From Methanoregula sp. (GTDB lineage: Archaea; Halobacteriota; Methanomicrobia; Methanomicrobiales; Methanospirillaceae), in assembly GCA_039698055.1 (NCBI GenBank), contig JBDKTL010000027.1, forward strand, positions 64,001-128,000: a stretch of 64,000 nucleotides of DNA, read 5' to 3'. The position numbers were made by a program, and so were the translations under genes. Position 1 is the first letter of the stretch. Each line of letters starts with the position of its first letter. Below the pieces are notes generated by a model that did not search any database, was not told the DNA's origin, and saw nothing but the letters and a program-made list of their open reading frames with translations. Shown in pieces: positions 29,176 to 39,271 of this stretch.

Positions 29176-29844
29176 ATGTCGTCGCCACTGATCCTTGTCA
29201 ACCTGAAAACCTACAAAGAGGGAATGGGAAACCGTGCCCACCAGATAGCCACCGCTGCACAGCTGGTCGCCCGCGAGAGCGGTGCGACAATCGGGGTGGC
29301 ACCGGGTTTTATCGATCTCCACCCGCTCTGCCATCACTTTGCAGTTCCGGTCTATGCACAGCACGTGGACGGGTTCGAGCCGGGCGCTCATACCGGCCAT
29401 ATCACCGCTGACGCAATAAAATTCGCCGGCGCGACCGGATCCCTGGTGAACCATTCCGAACGCCGGCTCACGCTGGCTGATATTGAAGCATCGGTCCGGT
29501 CACTCCATGCCCACCAGCTGACAGCTGTAGTCTGCACAAACAACGATACCACAAGCGCCGCAGCAGCAGCACTCTCCCCGGAATATGTCGCCATCGAACC
29601 CCCGGAACTGATAGGGAGCGGGGTTTCCGTTTCAAAAGCAAACCCGGAGATTATCCGGAAATCGGTTGCTGCCGTCCACGCTGTCAACCCGAAAACGAAA
29701 GTGCTCACCGGTGCCGGTATCCAGTGCGGGGAATGCGTGAAGATTGCCGTGGATCTTGGCACGGATGGCGTGCTTCTTGCATCCAGCGTTGTAAAATCAG
29801 CCGATCCGGCAGCAGTACTCCGGGATCTGGTCTCAAAATTCTGA
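29176..29844 (+). CDS. tpiA: Triosephosphate isomerase (archaeal type)
   Basis: NLKTY, AQHVD, NHSERR and [17 protein letters not shown]. Confidence 0.96.
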   Translation: MSSPLILVNLKTYKEGMGNRAHQIATAAQLVARESGATIGVAPGFIDLHPLCHHFAVPVYAQHVDGFEPGAHTGHITADAIKFAGATGSLVNHSERRLTLADIEASVRSLHAHQLTAVVCTNNDTTSAAAAALSPEYVAIEPPELIGSGVSVSKANPEIIRKSVAAVHAVNPKTKVLTGAGIQCGECVKIAVDLGTDGVLLASSVVKSADPAAVLRDLVSKF

Positions 29845-29877
29845 CACCCTTTTTTTAAAAACTAAAAATGGGGATTT

Positions 29878-29979
29878 TTATTTAATCACCAGGTACCAGA
29901 CACCGAATATAACGATAAAGAGAACAATTCCCATACCAATCACGGTTACGTTGCTGATTTCAGTGGATTCTTCTGCCAT
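29878..29979 (-). CDS. 33-aa single-TM small protein
   Basis: MAEESTEISNVTVIGMGIVLFIVIFGVWYLVIK*. SD-like GGAAGTG and an AT-rich promoter-like tract upstream. Confidence 0.65.
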   Translation of the reverse strand: MAEESTEISNVTVIGMGIVLFIVIFGVWYLVIK

Positions 29980-30162
29980 GATACACTTCCGTTCGTGGAC
30001 TTCCCACGTAATTTTCCGTCGGTGTATTACTATTTAATCATTGTTATATCCCCACGGTCTCCTGCGGGGAAATGTGCATCCATAAAAAAAACTGATGGTG
30101 TGATGCATCCCCAGCGTTGCGATTCACCTGTTTAATACCCTGACCCCCCGGGTGGAATCGTA

Positions 30163-30717
30163 CTAGACAATAAGGGAGATCAGGTCGTGCTTGGTGATGA
30201 CGCCACGGACCGTGCGCCCGTCCACCACCAGCACCGCATGGTTCTGCTGGAGAATGCTGACAACCGTTTCCACGTCCATATCCGGGGGCACGGTCGGAAA
30301 TCCGGGCTCCATGAAATCCCGGACCATAAACAGCTGGGTTTTATGGAGGCGCTGCTGTTCGATCGCCTTGACGATCACCGACTCGGAAATGCAGCCAACC
30401 GGCACGCCCCGTTCAATGACCGGCAGCTGGGAGATGTTGTTTTTACTGAAGATCTCCACGGCAAGCGAGATGCTTTCCAGCGGCTGGACGGCAAGCACCG
30501 GTGCATGCATGATCTGGGCGGCCGTGATCTTTTTTGGTTCAGTCCGGTTAAAGACGGCGATGATCTTATTGAGCGTACTGACCCGGGGGTCCACGCTTCC
30601 TGCTTCGATGCGTGCCACCATGGACTGGCTGATGCCGGCACGCCGGGCGAGTTCCGTCTGCCTCAGGCCCAGTGTTTCACGGCGGGACCGGAGCTCCTCC
30701 GGTGTAGGAATATTCAT
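30163..30717 (-). CDS. HTH (XRE) + CBS-pair transcriptional regulator
   Basis: QTELARRAGISQSMVARIEAGSVDPRVSTL followed by two CBS domains. Confidence 0.92.
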   Translation of the reverse strand: MNIPTPEELRSRRETLGLRQTELARRAGISQSMVARIEAGSVDPRVSTLNKIIAVFNRTEPKKITAAQIMHAPVLAVQPLESISLAVEIFSKNNISQLPVIERGVPVGCISESVIVKAIEQQRLHKTQLFMVRDFMEPGFPTVPPDMDVETVVSILQQNHAVLVVDGRTVRGVITKHDLISLIV

Positions 30718-31037
30718 GTTCAATTACTACTGGTCATAGAAAAATATCAACTTTATGCAGGTTCCTAAAAAAAAATAAGCAGGTACATGCCCGCCCGGCA
30801 GGCCTGCTAAATCCCGTTTGAAGCAAACAAGAACCACCAGGCAACTCCAAAAGAGAAGAGACTAAAAATTTCCCGGTATTCTGGCGCGGGAAGCATTTTT
30901 TGGCTGGTGTGTCTACGCACAGGTTTATTATCCCAGCATAAGTTGGGCAGTCCTGCTGTGCAAAATTCTTTAAAGACCAGCACCTATAGAAGCTAAATGG
31001 CATAATCCACTGCATTCCTGGTGGATTAGTGTTGAAC

Positions 31038-31277
31038 ATGACTGAGTGTCTCACCAGTGAAGACGACGATGAAGGGAACCAACGGCGGTTCGCTTTCTCT
31101 TTTGCAACGATGTCCTGCCCGACAGGGGCAGGTGCAGGAATACGGATCATTGACCATGTGTTTTTTCGGTTCTCCCGCCCGGCGTACGGGTGGAGAGAGA
31201 GCGCCGGCAGACCTGCCGCCATCAACAGCAGTGCGAATGGTTCCTTAAGGGGACCCGGCGGGTTGATGACCCGATGA
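31038..31277 (+). CDS. Possible small ORF translationally coupled to the RLAN gene
   Basis: 79 aa (MTECLTSEDDDEG...). Its stop overlaps the next ATG (ATGA). No family recognised. Confidence 0.35.
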   Translation: MTECLTSEDDDEGNQRRFAFSFATMSCPTGAGAGIRIIDHVFFRFSRPAYGWRESAGRPAAINSSANGSLRGPGGLMTR

Positions 31278-32077
31278 ACAATCGTTGGGGTGAACCCCTG
31301 CGGTTTAACGAACTGCTCCCAACCCCGGGTCATGGATCTGCCATCCCGGATTCCTTATCGGCAGCCACCGGCATCCTTTCCCCGGCACCGGCCCCGGTCT
31401 TTGTTCCACAGAGGAAACCTGCGGTACGGGCGGCTGTAAAAAAAGTGCCGGGAATGACCAAGGATACGATGTTTGTGGTGCGGCGGGGCAGCACCTTCCA
31501 TGTGATCAGCGAGGATTACTCCTACAAGACCGAGCCGTATTATACGATTCTTCAGCACGAGGTTGACGGAAAAATCGTCAGCCCCACGAGCCGGCAGGTG
31601 CTGGATGCGTTCGTGGTGCCGATCTGCCTTGAGCGGCTGAAAAGCGCGGGTATACCGGTGTGCGAGTGGGGCATCTCGCAGGCATATGTCCCGTTCCCCT
31701 CGATCCTGTACGGGCTGAACTATTTTGCCACATCGTCAGATTATTTTGTTGTCAGCAACAATGAGCAGGCAAAAGAGACAATCAAGCACATCACCAACAA
31801 GGGAAAGTACCCGTTCTGCTACCAGAAACTGGATGAAGAGGCGACAATCCACACCTGCACCGCGATATTTGGCAGGACAATCAAAAAATGCAGTGCCGTT
31901 TCCCGGTATGCCGGACAGATCTACGATGTGTTCTCCATCCCGCTGGTCAGCATGGTCTTTGTGAAAACCGGTAAGAACTTTACGCTCTCCTCGCTTGCAC
32001 CGATGCGGTACAACCACCTCACCGAGCCGGAACGGGAACTGCTCTCCTTGTACCTGGCGAACCAGGAGTTTCTATGA
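31274..32077 (+). CDS. RimK-like ATP-grasp N-terminal (RLAN) domain protein
   Basis: DYSYKTEPYY..E..G...P and FGRT...IYDVFSIPLV motifs. Directly upstream of an ATP-grasp gene. Confidence 0.7.
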   Translation: MNNRWGEPLRFNELLPTPGHGSAIPDSLSAATGILSPAPAPVFVPQRKPAVRAAVKKVPGMTKDTMFVVRRGSTFHVISEDYSYKTEPYYTILQHEVDGKIVSPTSRQVLDAFVVPICLERLKSAGIPVCEWGISQAYVPFPSILYGLNYFATSSDYFVVSNNEQAKETIKHITNKGKYPFCYQKLDEEATIHTCTAIFGRTIKKCSAVSRYAGQIYDVFSIPLVSMVFVKTGKNFTLSSLAPMRYNHLTEPERELLSLYLANQEFL

Positions 32078-32946
32078 GCAAGCTCGGTATTTTTGTGGAC
32101 CGGAAAACCCTCTCGAACTCCGAGCAGCTCAACGCCCTGATCCACTGCCGGGACGTCGCTGAAGGAATGGGGCATTCGGCCGAGTTCCTGTTTCCGGTGG
32201 ATATCAGCAGGATCCCCAAAATGGATGCACTCTTCATCCGGGCCCGCACGGACCCGATGAACGTGACCTATGTAGCATCGCGGATGGCGGAGATGCACGG
32301 CATACCGGTGATCGACGACCCGAATTCCATCCAGATCTGCGGGGACAAGGTCAACATGTATTCCCACCTGCAGAAAAAAGGCGTCTCGCTCCCAAAGACC
32401 GTCTTTCTCTCAAAAAACGATCTGACCGTTGAACGGGTTGCAAAACTTTTCGATGACTTGGGAACGCCCCTTATCGTAAAAGAGCCCTCAACATCGTTTT
32501 CACTCCGGGTTGAGAAGGTGTCCGATATTGCAGAGTTTTTCCATGTCGCACACCGGTTCATCAAGATGTCGGACTGGATTGTCATCCAGCAGTTCGTGGA
32601 GAGCAAATATGACTGGCGGGTAGGAGTGCTTGGCGGTGAATTGCTCTATGCCTGCAAATATACGATCCCGTCCGTGACGTTTAAGATCCAGGCATCGGTG
32701 AACGGTCATATCGTCTATTGCGGGGTCGAGAGCGTTCCGGAAAATGCTGTGCCGCCACATGTGATCCAGCTGGGGATCGACGCGGCAAACGCGATCGGTA
32801 CCGGGCTCTACGGTGTCGATATCAAAAATAATAACGGGGATGCGTGTGTCATCGAAGTCAACGACAACCCTTCTCTGGAGAGCGGCGAGGATGCCGATTA
32901 TCCCCGGGTCTATGAAAAAATTGTTTCTCACCTTTTTGCGAAGTGA
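32074..32946 (+). CDS. RimK-family ATP-grasp ligase
   Basis: DALFIR, CGDK, PLIVKEP, QQFV..YDWRVGVL, YGVDIK and IEVNDNP. Confidence 0.9.
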   Translation: MSKLGIFVDRKTLSNSEQLNALIHCRDVAEGMGHSAEFLFPVDISRIPKMDALFIRARTDPMNVTYVASRMAEMHGIPVIDDPNSIQICGDKVNMYSHLQKKGVSLPKTVFLSKNDLTVERVAKLFDDLGTPLIVKEPSTSFSLRVEKVSDIAEFFHVAHRFIKMSDWIVIQQFVESKYDWRVGVLGGELLYACKYTIPSVTFKIQASVNGHIVYCGVESVPENAVPPHVIQLGIDAANAIGTGLYGVDIKNNNGDACVIEVNDNPSLESGEDADYPRVYEKIVSHLFAK

Positions 32947-32952
32947 TATATC

Positions 32953-33462
32953 TTGACAGAAAACTGGCTTTTACGTGCTGAAGATATCTGTATGCGTTGC
33001 GGGGGGCATTGCTGCGATGAGGCACATCCCCCCATCTCCAATCCCTGTCACCAGCGGTTGATCGCTGCCGGTGTCTCACCCGATAGTTTTGAAGTGAATG
33101 GTTACCGGCGGTTAAAAACCAACCCGGATGGAACATGTATCCTGATGAAGGAAGGGAAGTGCACCATCCATGATATAAAACCCGAGACCTGCCGGGCCGG
33201 GCCATTTACCTTCGACGTGATGGACGATCAGGTGCAGATTTTCCTGAAATTTGAAACCCTCTGCCCCATTGTCGGGCTCCTCAAAGAGGTACCGTCTGCC
33301 TATAACCAGCAATACGAACAATCGGTACGAAATATCGCGCATCTCGTTTCAAACCTGTCCCGTGATGAACTGACCGTGATTAGCCGGATTGAAGAGCCGG
33401 ATACGGAAAAAGTCGCAGAGATCCCGTTACAGGATATCGGATCTTATGTCAATCGGCACTGA
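32953..33462 (+). CDS. YkgJ-family (CxxCxxxCC) cysteine-cluster protein
   Basis: CMRCGGHCC, C..L...KCTIH..KPETCRAGPF. TTG start. Confidence 0.85.
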   Translation: MTENWLLRAEDICMRCGGHCCDEAHPPISNPCHQRLIAAGVSPDSFEVNGYRRLKTNPDGTCILMKEGKCTIHDIKPETCRAGPFTFDVMDDQVQIFLKFETLCPIVGLLKEVPSAYNQQYEQSVRNIAHLVSNLSRDELTVISRIEEPDTEKVAEIPLQDIGSYVNRH

Positions 33463-34555
33463 ACACGAATACTCGATCAACGACGCACGCTTCAGTGCCC
33501 TGCCGGTATCGGACCGGGTGATCAAATCCATCTGCGGGAGTTTTGAGAGCGAGATTCTTTTTGGCGATGTTAAACTGGGAAAGGAGCTCCAGAAGCATGT
33601 TCTCGAGTTCATCCCGCGCTCCCACGCGGACACGATCCCGGCACTCGAATCGCAGCTGGTGCAGGGCATCCAAAAATTTTACCGGGTGTTTCCCCACGGG
33701 TATCACCTGCTCGGTCTTGGCATGCACCCGACGCTCACGCTGGACAAAACCGCTGTATGGGACCATGACGAGGGCGAATATTATGAGGTCTATGACCGGC
33801 TGTTTGATATCCGCCAGCACGGGTGGCTTAACATCCAGGCGCTCCAGATCAATCTCTCGTATGAGGGGGATAAGGATCTTGTGGCCGTCTATAACCGGCT
33901 CCGCCCGCTGCTGCCCTACCTTATCGCGGTGACGGCATCTTCGCCGATGGTGGAGAGCCGGCTTACCGGCGCGATGGACAACCGTCTTATCTATTACCGG
34001 GAGAACCAGCAGGTGATACCGGACATCTGCCACGGGATCGTCCCGGCAGCTATACGAACCGTGAACGATTACCGGTCGGCGCAGGAAGCGATCTATTCCG
34101 AACTCAAAAAGCGTGACGCGGCAATCCTCTGCGAGGAATGGCTGAACTCAAGCGGGGTGATCGTCCGGTTCTCCCGCACATGTCTTGAGATCAAGGCGCT
34201 TGACGAGCAGGAGTGTATCTGTTCGGATATGGCAGTCTGTGCATTTGTGCAGGCGCTGCTCCGGTGCCGGGCACTTTTCCTTGAGACGGACCAGGACGCA
34301 CTTCTGGAACTCACCCAAGAGGTCATCATGCACGGTACGGCACCGGTGCAGCAGGAGCTCAAGGGGCTCTATGACGCGGCATGGCAGAAGGCGACGCCGG
34401 AAGAACGCCGGTACCTGCCGGTGATCCAGAACCGGATTACGAAGGGGAGTCTCGCTGAACAGATCGCAAAGCGGTACCGCGAAGAACACGAGATTGTTCC
34501 CATCCTTGCCGGTTTGGCGCACTGCCTCCGGTATAATGAACCGTACGGATTATAG
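33446..34555 (+). CDS. Glutamate-cysteine ligase-like (GCS2) COOH-NH2 ligase
   Basis: IGTEHEYS, ELQKHVLE, GMHP, QINL, SSP, RF..LEIKALDEQEC. Confidence 0.85.
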   Translation: MSIGTEHEYSINDARFSALPVSDRVIKSICGSFESEILFGDVKLGKELQKHVLEFIPRSHADTIPALESQLVQGIQKFYRVFPHGYHLLGLGMHPTLTLDKTAVWDHDEGEYYEVYDRLFDIRQHGWLNIQALQINLSYEGDKDLVAVYNRLRPLLPYLIAVTASSPMVESRLTGAMDNRLIYYRENQQVIPDICHGIVPAAIRTVNDYRSAQEAIYSELKKRDAAILCEEWLNSSGVIVRFSRTCLEIKALDEQECICSDMAVCAFVQALLRCRALFLETDQDALLELTQEVIMHGTAPVQQELKGLYDAAWQKATPEERRYLPVIQNRITKGSLAEQIAKRYREEHEIVPILAGLAHCLRYNEPYGL

Positions 34556-35272
34556 GTGCATCGCGGAAACGGGAGCCGGGCAAAGGTACCCGGTTTGAGA
34601 TGACAATACCGACGGGCGGATACCGGTTCATCACCGGGTAAAAAAAATACCGCTGGAGGGTTTGAGCCAAAAAGTGAGTCCCCGCCGGGACTTATTTTCC
34701 GGACCAGCCTTCCGGTACATCATGCTATTATCCGACATTTTTATGTTTATGCCCGCCCGGGGTGGCGATCCATCCCAAAAAGGGGTGCGGTCAACCAATG
34801 TTCCCGGGATTTTAATCCAACCACCTTACATGATCCACGGTTCCCGGCCGGAAAAGTATCGGATGTAAAGCCCTGTTTTTTCATGTTACACCCACTGTAC
34901 GCCATCCGGGGAACGATCGTCCATCTAATCGCTTTTATTAGCGTACATTTTCCTGCCCGCAGTATAGCCAGTTTTCCCTGAATATGGCCAAATCGCAGGA
35001 TTTCAAATAACCTGTGCCGGAATTCACCTGTTTTCATGATCCGATGGCTCGAAAATGACCAATCCGGGCACGTTTCAGGCTCGGATTCCGGCAGGGGAGA
35101 TGCATCCCTGGCAGGATCTCCTGTTGTCCCGGGAATAGCGGTAACATCCTCCTCGGGAGGTCAACGGATAGAGTGATTCAACGTGAGAACTCCCCCCTTC
35201 CCCATCATCCGCCCGGTTGACAGGCACATTAACAAGGCACCCGGACTATCTCTAGATAAGGACTGGTGAACG

Positions 35273-37369
35273 ATGTCTCACACCCTGCTCTCTGAATCCG
35301 AAGGGTACGAACTGCTGAAAACCTATGGTATACCCGTACCCCGGTACGAGGTAACAAGGAGTGCCAATGAAGCAGCCCGTGCCGCACAGGAAATCGGATT
35401 TCCGGTGGTCATGAAAATAATTTCCCCACAGGTGATCCACAAGAGCGATGCCGGGGGCGTTGTCACGGGAATTTCTACGCCGGAGGATGCAGGGCGGGCG
35501 TTTGACACGATAACCAAAAATGTCCGGGCTTCCAATCCTGCCGCAGAGATCGCCGGGGTGATGGTCGAACAACAACTTCCTTTGGGGCTCGAACTGATCA
35601 TCGGGGGAAAGACCGACGCTGCGTTTGGCAAGGTCATCACGATTGGCATGGGCGGAACTCTTGTCGAGCTCTTAAATGATGTGTCCATCGCGGTACTTCC
35701 CATCAGCGATGACGAGATACGCCGTATGATCCGCCATCTCAGGAGCTATCGCCTGGTCGCCGGGTACCGTCAGCAGCCGGCACGTGATGAAGGGGCGCTG
35801 GTTGCGACGATTCACGCCGCCCTTGCACTCTTTCTGGAGCATCATGAGATCGAAGAATTCGATATCAACCCGTTTGTCCTGTACGAAAAGGGTGGTTGCG
35901 CCGTTGATGCCCGGTTTTACCGGAACGAATCAGCCGGCACCGTGATCACCGCCACACTGGCGGTACCGCTCATGCCTGCATCCCTGCTGAAGATAAATTC
36001 TGTTGCGATCGTTGGCGCTTCGCAGGACCCAAATAAAGTCGGCTATGCGATCTGCCGCAACATGCTTGGATTTCCGGGGAAGCTCTACCCGGTCAACCCG
36101 AAGAGTGCGATGATTCTTGGGAAACCGGCATACCCGACACTTGCGAGCATCCCGGGAGATGTCGATGCCGTTGTCATCGCAATCCCGGCACCGGGCGTTC
36201 CAAAAGTCGTGCAGGAAGCCGGGGAAAAAGGTATTCCCCTTGCGATTATCATCTCATCCGGGTTCCGCGAAAGCGGAGCGGAGGGAAAATCCCTTGAGGA
36301 TGCAATCCTTACTCTGGCAAAAAAATACCCTGTGCGGATCATGGGCCCCAACTGCCTCGGTCTCATGCTCCCGTCGCAGGGCATCAACACCACGTTTGAC
36401 CCGGTCTCGCCAAAACCCGGCAAGATCGCGTTCATCTCCCAGAGCGGGGCAATCATCACAACCATCGTGGACTGGAGCCTGCCGGAGGGTATCGGTTTTT
36501 CTGCGGTCATATCGGTTGGCAACCAGGCCGATCTCATGTTTGAGGATTTTATCGGGTTTGTTGGTGATGACCCGGATACAAAAGCAATCATTCTCTATAT
36601 CGAACAGGTCCGGGACGGGCCACGGTTTATGGATATTGTCACCCGGATCACCGGTAAAAAACCTGTCATCGCGATAAAATCCGGTTCATCGAAGATCGGG
36701 CAGAAAGCCGCATCCTCCCATACCGGATCGCTTGCCGGCAGTTTTGCCGTGTACCAGGCAGCGTTCCGCCAGTCCGGGGTTATACCCGTGCGGTCAATCC
36801 GCGAAGCGTTCCAGGCTGCAGAACTGCTCGCGTCCGAAGGCTATCCTCACGGGGTCAGGGCCGTCGTTATTTCCAATGCCGGGGGATTTGCCGTGCTCTC
36901 ATCTGATTATGCCGAGCGTTTCGGGATCGACCTGGTGACATTCCCTTCGGATCTTATCCGCGAACTGGATGCGGTGCTCCCCAAAGACTGGAGCCGGGAG
37001 AACCCGATTGACATGGTGGGCGATTCAAGCGTGGACCGGTACGCAAAGACCTTTGACGTGATGATCGGGCACCAGGATCTCTGGGACATTGCGTTTGTCA
37101 TTGCGGTTCCGTCAGCAATTTCAGATCCGATCCGGGTCGCAAATGAACTGGTCAGGTTCTCCCGGCACACGCACAAGATGATTGTCGGCTGCATGATTGG
37201 CGGCGATTCCATGAAAACTCCGCTCCGCATCCTGCGGGACGCAGGGATTCCCAATTTCCCGGATATGGAAGATGCATTCCGTGCTGTCGGCAACATCTGC
37301 TCCTTTACGTGTCATAATGGTACCGGCCACGGGCATTGTACTGGCAATCCCGCCAACCGGGAAGAATAA
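35273..37369 (+). CDS. Acetate--CoA ligase (ADP-forming), fused beta-alpha
   Basis: ATP-grasp domain (HKSDAGGV, DINP) followed by the CoA-binding domain (VGAS, GPNCLG, SQSG, SHTG, NPIDM). Confidence 0.93.
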   Translation: MSHTLLSESEGYELLKTYGIPVPRYEVTRSANEAARAAQEIGFPVVMKIISPQVIHKSDAGGVVTGISTPEDAGRAFDTITKNVRASNPAAEIAGVMVEQQLPLGLELIIGGKTDAAFGKVITIGMGGTLVELLNDVSIAVLPISDDEIRRMIRHLRSYRLVAGYRQQPARDEGALVATIHAALALFLEHHEIEEFDINPFVLYEKGGCAVDARFYRNESAGTVITATLAVPLMPASLLKINSVAIVGASQDPNKVGYAICRNMLGFPGKLYPVNPKSAMILGKPAYPTLASIPGDVDAVVIAIPAPGVPKVVQEAGEKGIPLAIIISSGFRESGAEGKSLEDAILTLAKKYPVRIMGPNCLGLMLPSQGINTTFDPVSPKPGKIAFISQSGAIITTIVDWSLPEGIGFSAVISVGNQADLMFEDFIGFVGDDPDTKAIILYIEQVRDGPRFMDIVTRITGKKPVIAIKSGSSKIGQKAASSHTGSLAGSFAVYQAAFRQSGVIPVRSIREAFQAAELLASEGYPHGVRAVVISNAGGFAVLSSDYAERFGIDLVTFPSDLIRELDAVLPKDWSRENPIDMVGDSSVDRYAKTFDVMIGHQDLWDIAFVIAVPSAISDPIRVANELVRFSRHTHKMIVGCMIGGDSMKTPLRILRDAGIPNFPDMEDAFRAVGNICSFTCHNGTGHGHCTGNPANREE

Positions 37370-37408
37370 TGCTCCCATTGAAATCCGGGATACCCTAAGA
37401 AAAAAATT

Positions 37409-39088
37409 TTAGAGCGAGATCTTCTTTAATATCCCGCCGTTCTTGAAGATCGTGATCCCGCCGCCGCTCTGGGAAACGACAATTCCCACGGCACGGGTCT
37501 CCTTTGTCATCGCCGCTACCGAGTTGTGCCGGGTGCCCATGCCTTTTGGCAGCGCAACGCCGCTCGTATCCACCGTAATATACCGTCCTGCCGCCTGGAT
37601 ATACCCGTCACCGGAGATCACAAAAGCGCCGTCCATCTGGGCAAACTCCTTGATGCTCTCTTTGATATCCGGATTGGTGACCAGCCGGGATTCTGGCTTG
37701 TGCCCTTCATACGGGTTTAAATTGATCTGCCGGGATTTTTCAAGCACATTCCTGATATCACCGATAATAAACGTCGTGCCGACCGATTTTCCTTCCCGGC
37801 CCTCAATTGAGATCTCGGTGCAGATATGGAAAATGGCATCGAACACATCCTCGCGGATATCGGTTTCCGTCACCACCATCTCTTTCCATGTATCGGTGCT
37901 GATCCGCACCTGCCCGCTCTGCCGGCGGTCCGTAATGTCGTGGCCGATACAGAGGACTTCGATAACATGGCCCTCCTCGTCCCGGATTGCCTTGTTGATC
38001 CAGGCGATCCAGACACGGTCGCCGTTTCTCCGGATATTCTCGCTGACATTGACCGCCGAACCTTCGGCATTGAACCCGGCGTCGTTAGCCATCATCGAGA
38101 GATCGTGGCTGCCCCGGTTCTTTTCCGGGACAATCGTGCCCACGACATTTTTCCCGATCACGGCTTCCTGCGGGTAATCAAAGAACGTCAGGGCAAATGA
38201 GTTGAAGAATGTGATCGTGCCCTGCATGTCCATGCGGATGATGATACTCTGGGAATTCTGCATCATCTCACGGTATTTTGCCTCGCTTGCCTTGACCGCA
38301 TCTTTTAACTTCTTCTTATCGGAAACGTCGGTCACGACAATCGTGCCACCCTTTCGTGCATCGAGGGGATCGGCAAACTGCGACTGGAGGGCGCAGGTCA
38401 CGCTGCCGCCGCCAAGATGGAGAAGGTCGCATTCCGCATGACCGATACCCTGTGCGTCCCGGTGGATTTGAAGATCCCGTGCGGCCTGCTCGTACTCTTC
38501 AGGAGTCTTGAAGAGGATCTGGACGGGTTTACCCACAAGGTGTATCTCGGGATACCCGAGCAGCGCCGCAAGAGGCCGGTTCACCCATTCGATCGTATCG
38601 TTGCGCATCTGGAAGATCCCAAGCGGTGTTGCCGACAGGATGGTGGTGAGCTGATCGTTTTGTAGTTTTATGTCGCGCTCTGATTTCCGGCGCAGAGTGG
38701 TCTGCTTGAGCAGGGTGACCAGTTCGGCGATGGAGGAGCGGATATCGACCGTGCGGGAGACCGTGATCGCGATCCCGTTACTGACTTCTGACAGCCCGAA
38801 GTTGTTTGCCCCGGTATGGCTGTACAGGATCACCGGTGTAGCATTCCCTATCGAGCGGAGATATTTCAAAAAACCAATTCCGTCCATATCGGACATGAAC
38901 TCGATCCCGTTTACTGCCGGCACCAGTTCATAGGAAATAACAACATCATATGCCCGGGTTTTCAGTTTTTCAACTGCCTGTTTTGTGGACTGGGCAACAT
39001 CGAGCCGGACTTCACCGGTTTTTTCAAGGGCAGGCCGGATCTGCACCAGAAAATCAGTTGTATCATCCACAAATAAAACGGTAATCAT
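37409..39088 (-). CDS. Diadenylate cyclase with pseudo-REC and two PAS domains
   Basis: C-terminal DAC domain (EGREG..VGTTFIIGD, MDGAFV, GMGTRH, VVSQSGG). N-terminal REC-like domain and 2 PAS domains. Confidence 0.88.
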   Translation of the reverse strand: MITVLFVDDTTDFLVQIRPALEKTGEVRLDVAQSTKQAVEKLKTRAYDVVISYELVPAVNGIEFMSDMDGIGFLKYLRSIGNATPVILYSHTGANNFGLSEVSNGIAITVSRTVDIRSSIAELVTLLKQTTLRRKSERDIKLQNDQLTTILSATPLGIFQMRNDTIEWVNRPLAALLGYPEIHLVGKPVQILFKTPEEYEQAARDLQIHRDAQGIGHAECDLLHLGGGSVTCALQSQFADPLDARKGGTIVVTDVSDKKKLKDAVKASEAKYREMMQNSQSIIIRMDMQGTITFFNSFALTFFDYPQEAVIGKNVVGTIVPEKNRGSHDLSMMANDAGFNAEGSAVNVSENIRRNGDRVWIAWINKAIRDEEGHVIEVLCIGHDITDRRQSGQVRISTDTWKEMVVTETDIREDVFDAIFHICTEISIEGREGKSVGTTFIIGDIRNVLEKSRQINLNPYEGHKPESRLVTNPDIKESIKEFAQMDGAFVISGDGYIQAAGRYITVDTSGVALPKGMGTRHNSVAAMTKETRAVGIVVSQSGGGITIFKNGGILKKISL

Positions 39089-39271
39089 GTACGTATCGCC
39101 ATAAAATGTGCGCCGCTCATTCTTCGCATATGAGGTGGAGATTGTGCAAATAAATAGTTGTTGCGGGGAAAGGATCAGCGGTAACAGGAAAATAAATGGC
39201 CCATTTAAGGAATATATAGTCCTGCGTCCCGGCCGTGAAAAAAAAGTTCTGTGTCCTGTTATCGGGCGAAG

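Noticed and set aside
34747-35037. 96-aa minus-strand ORF in the intergenic gap
   Set aside because: No recognisable motif or SD.
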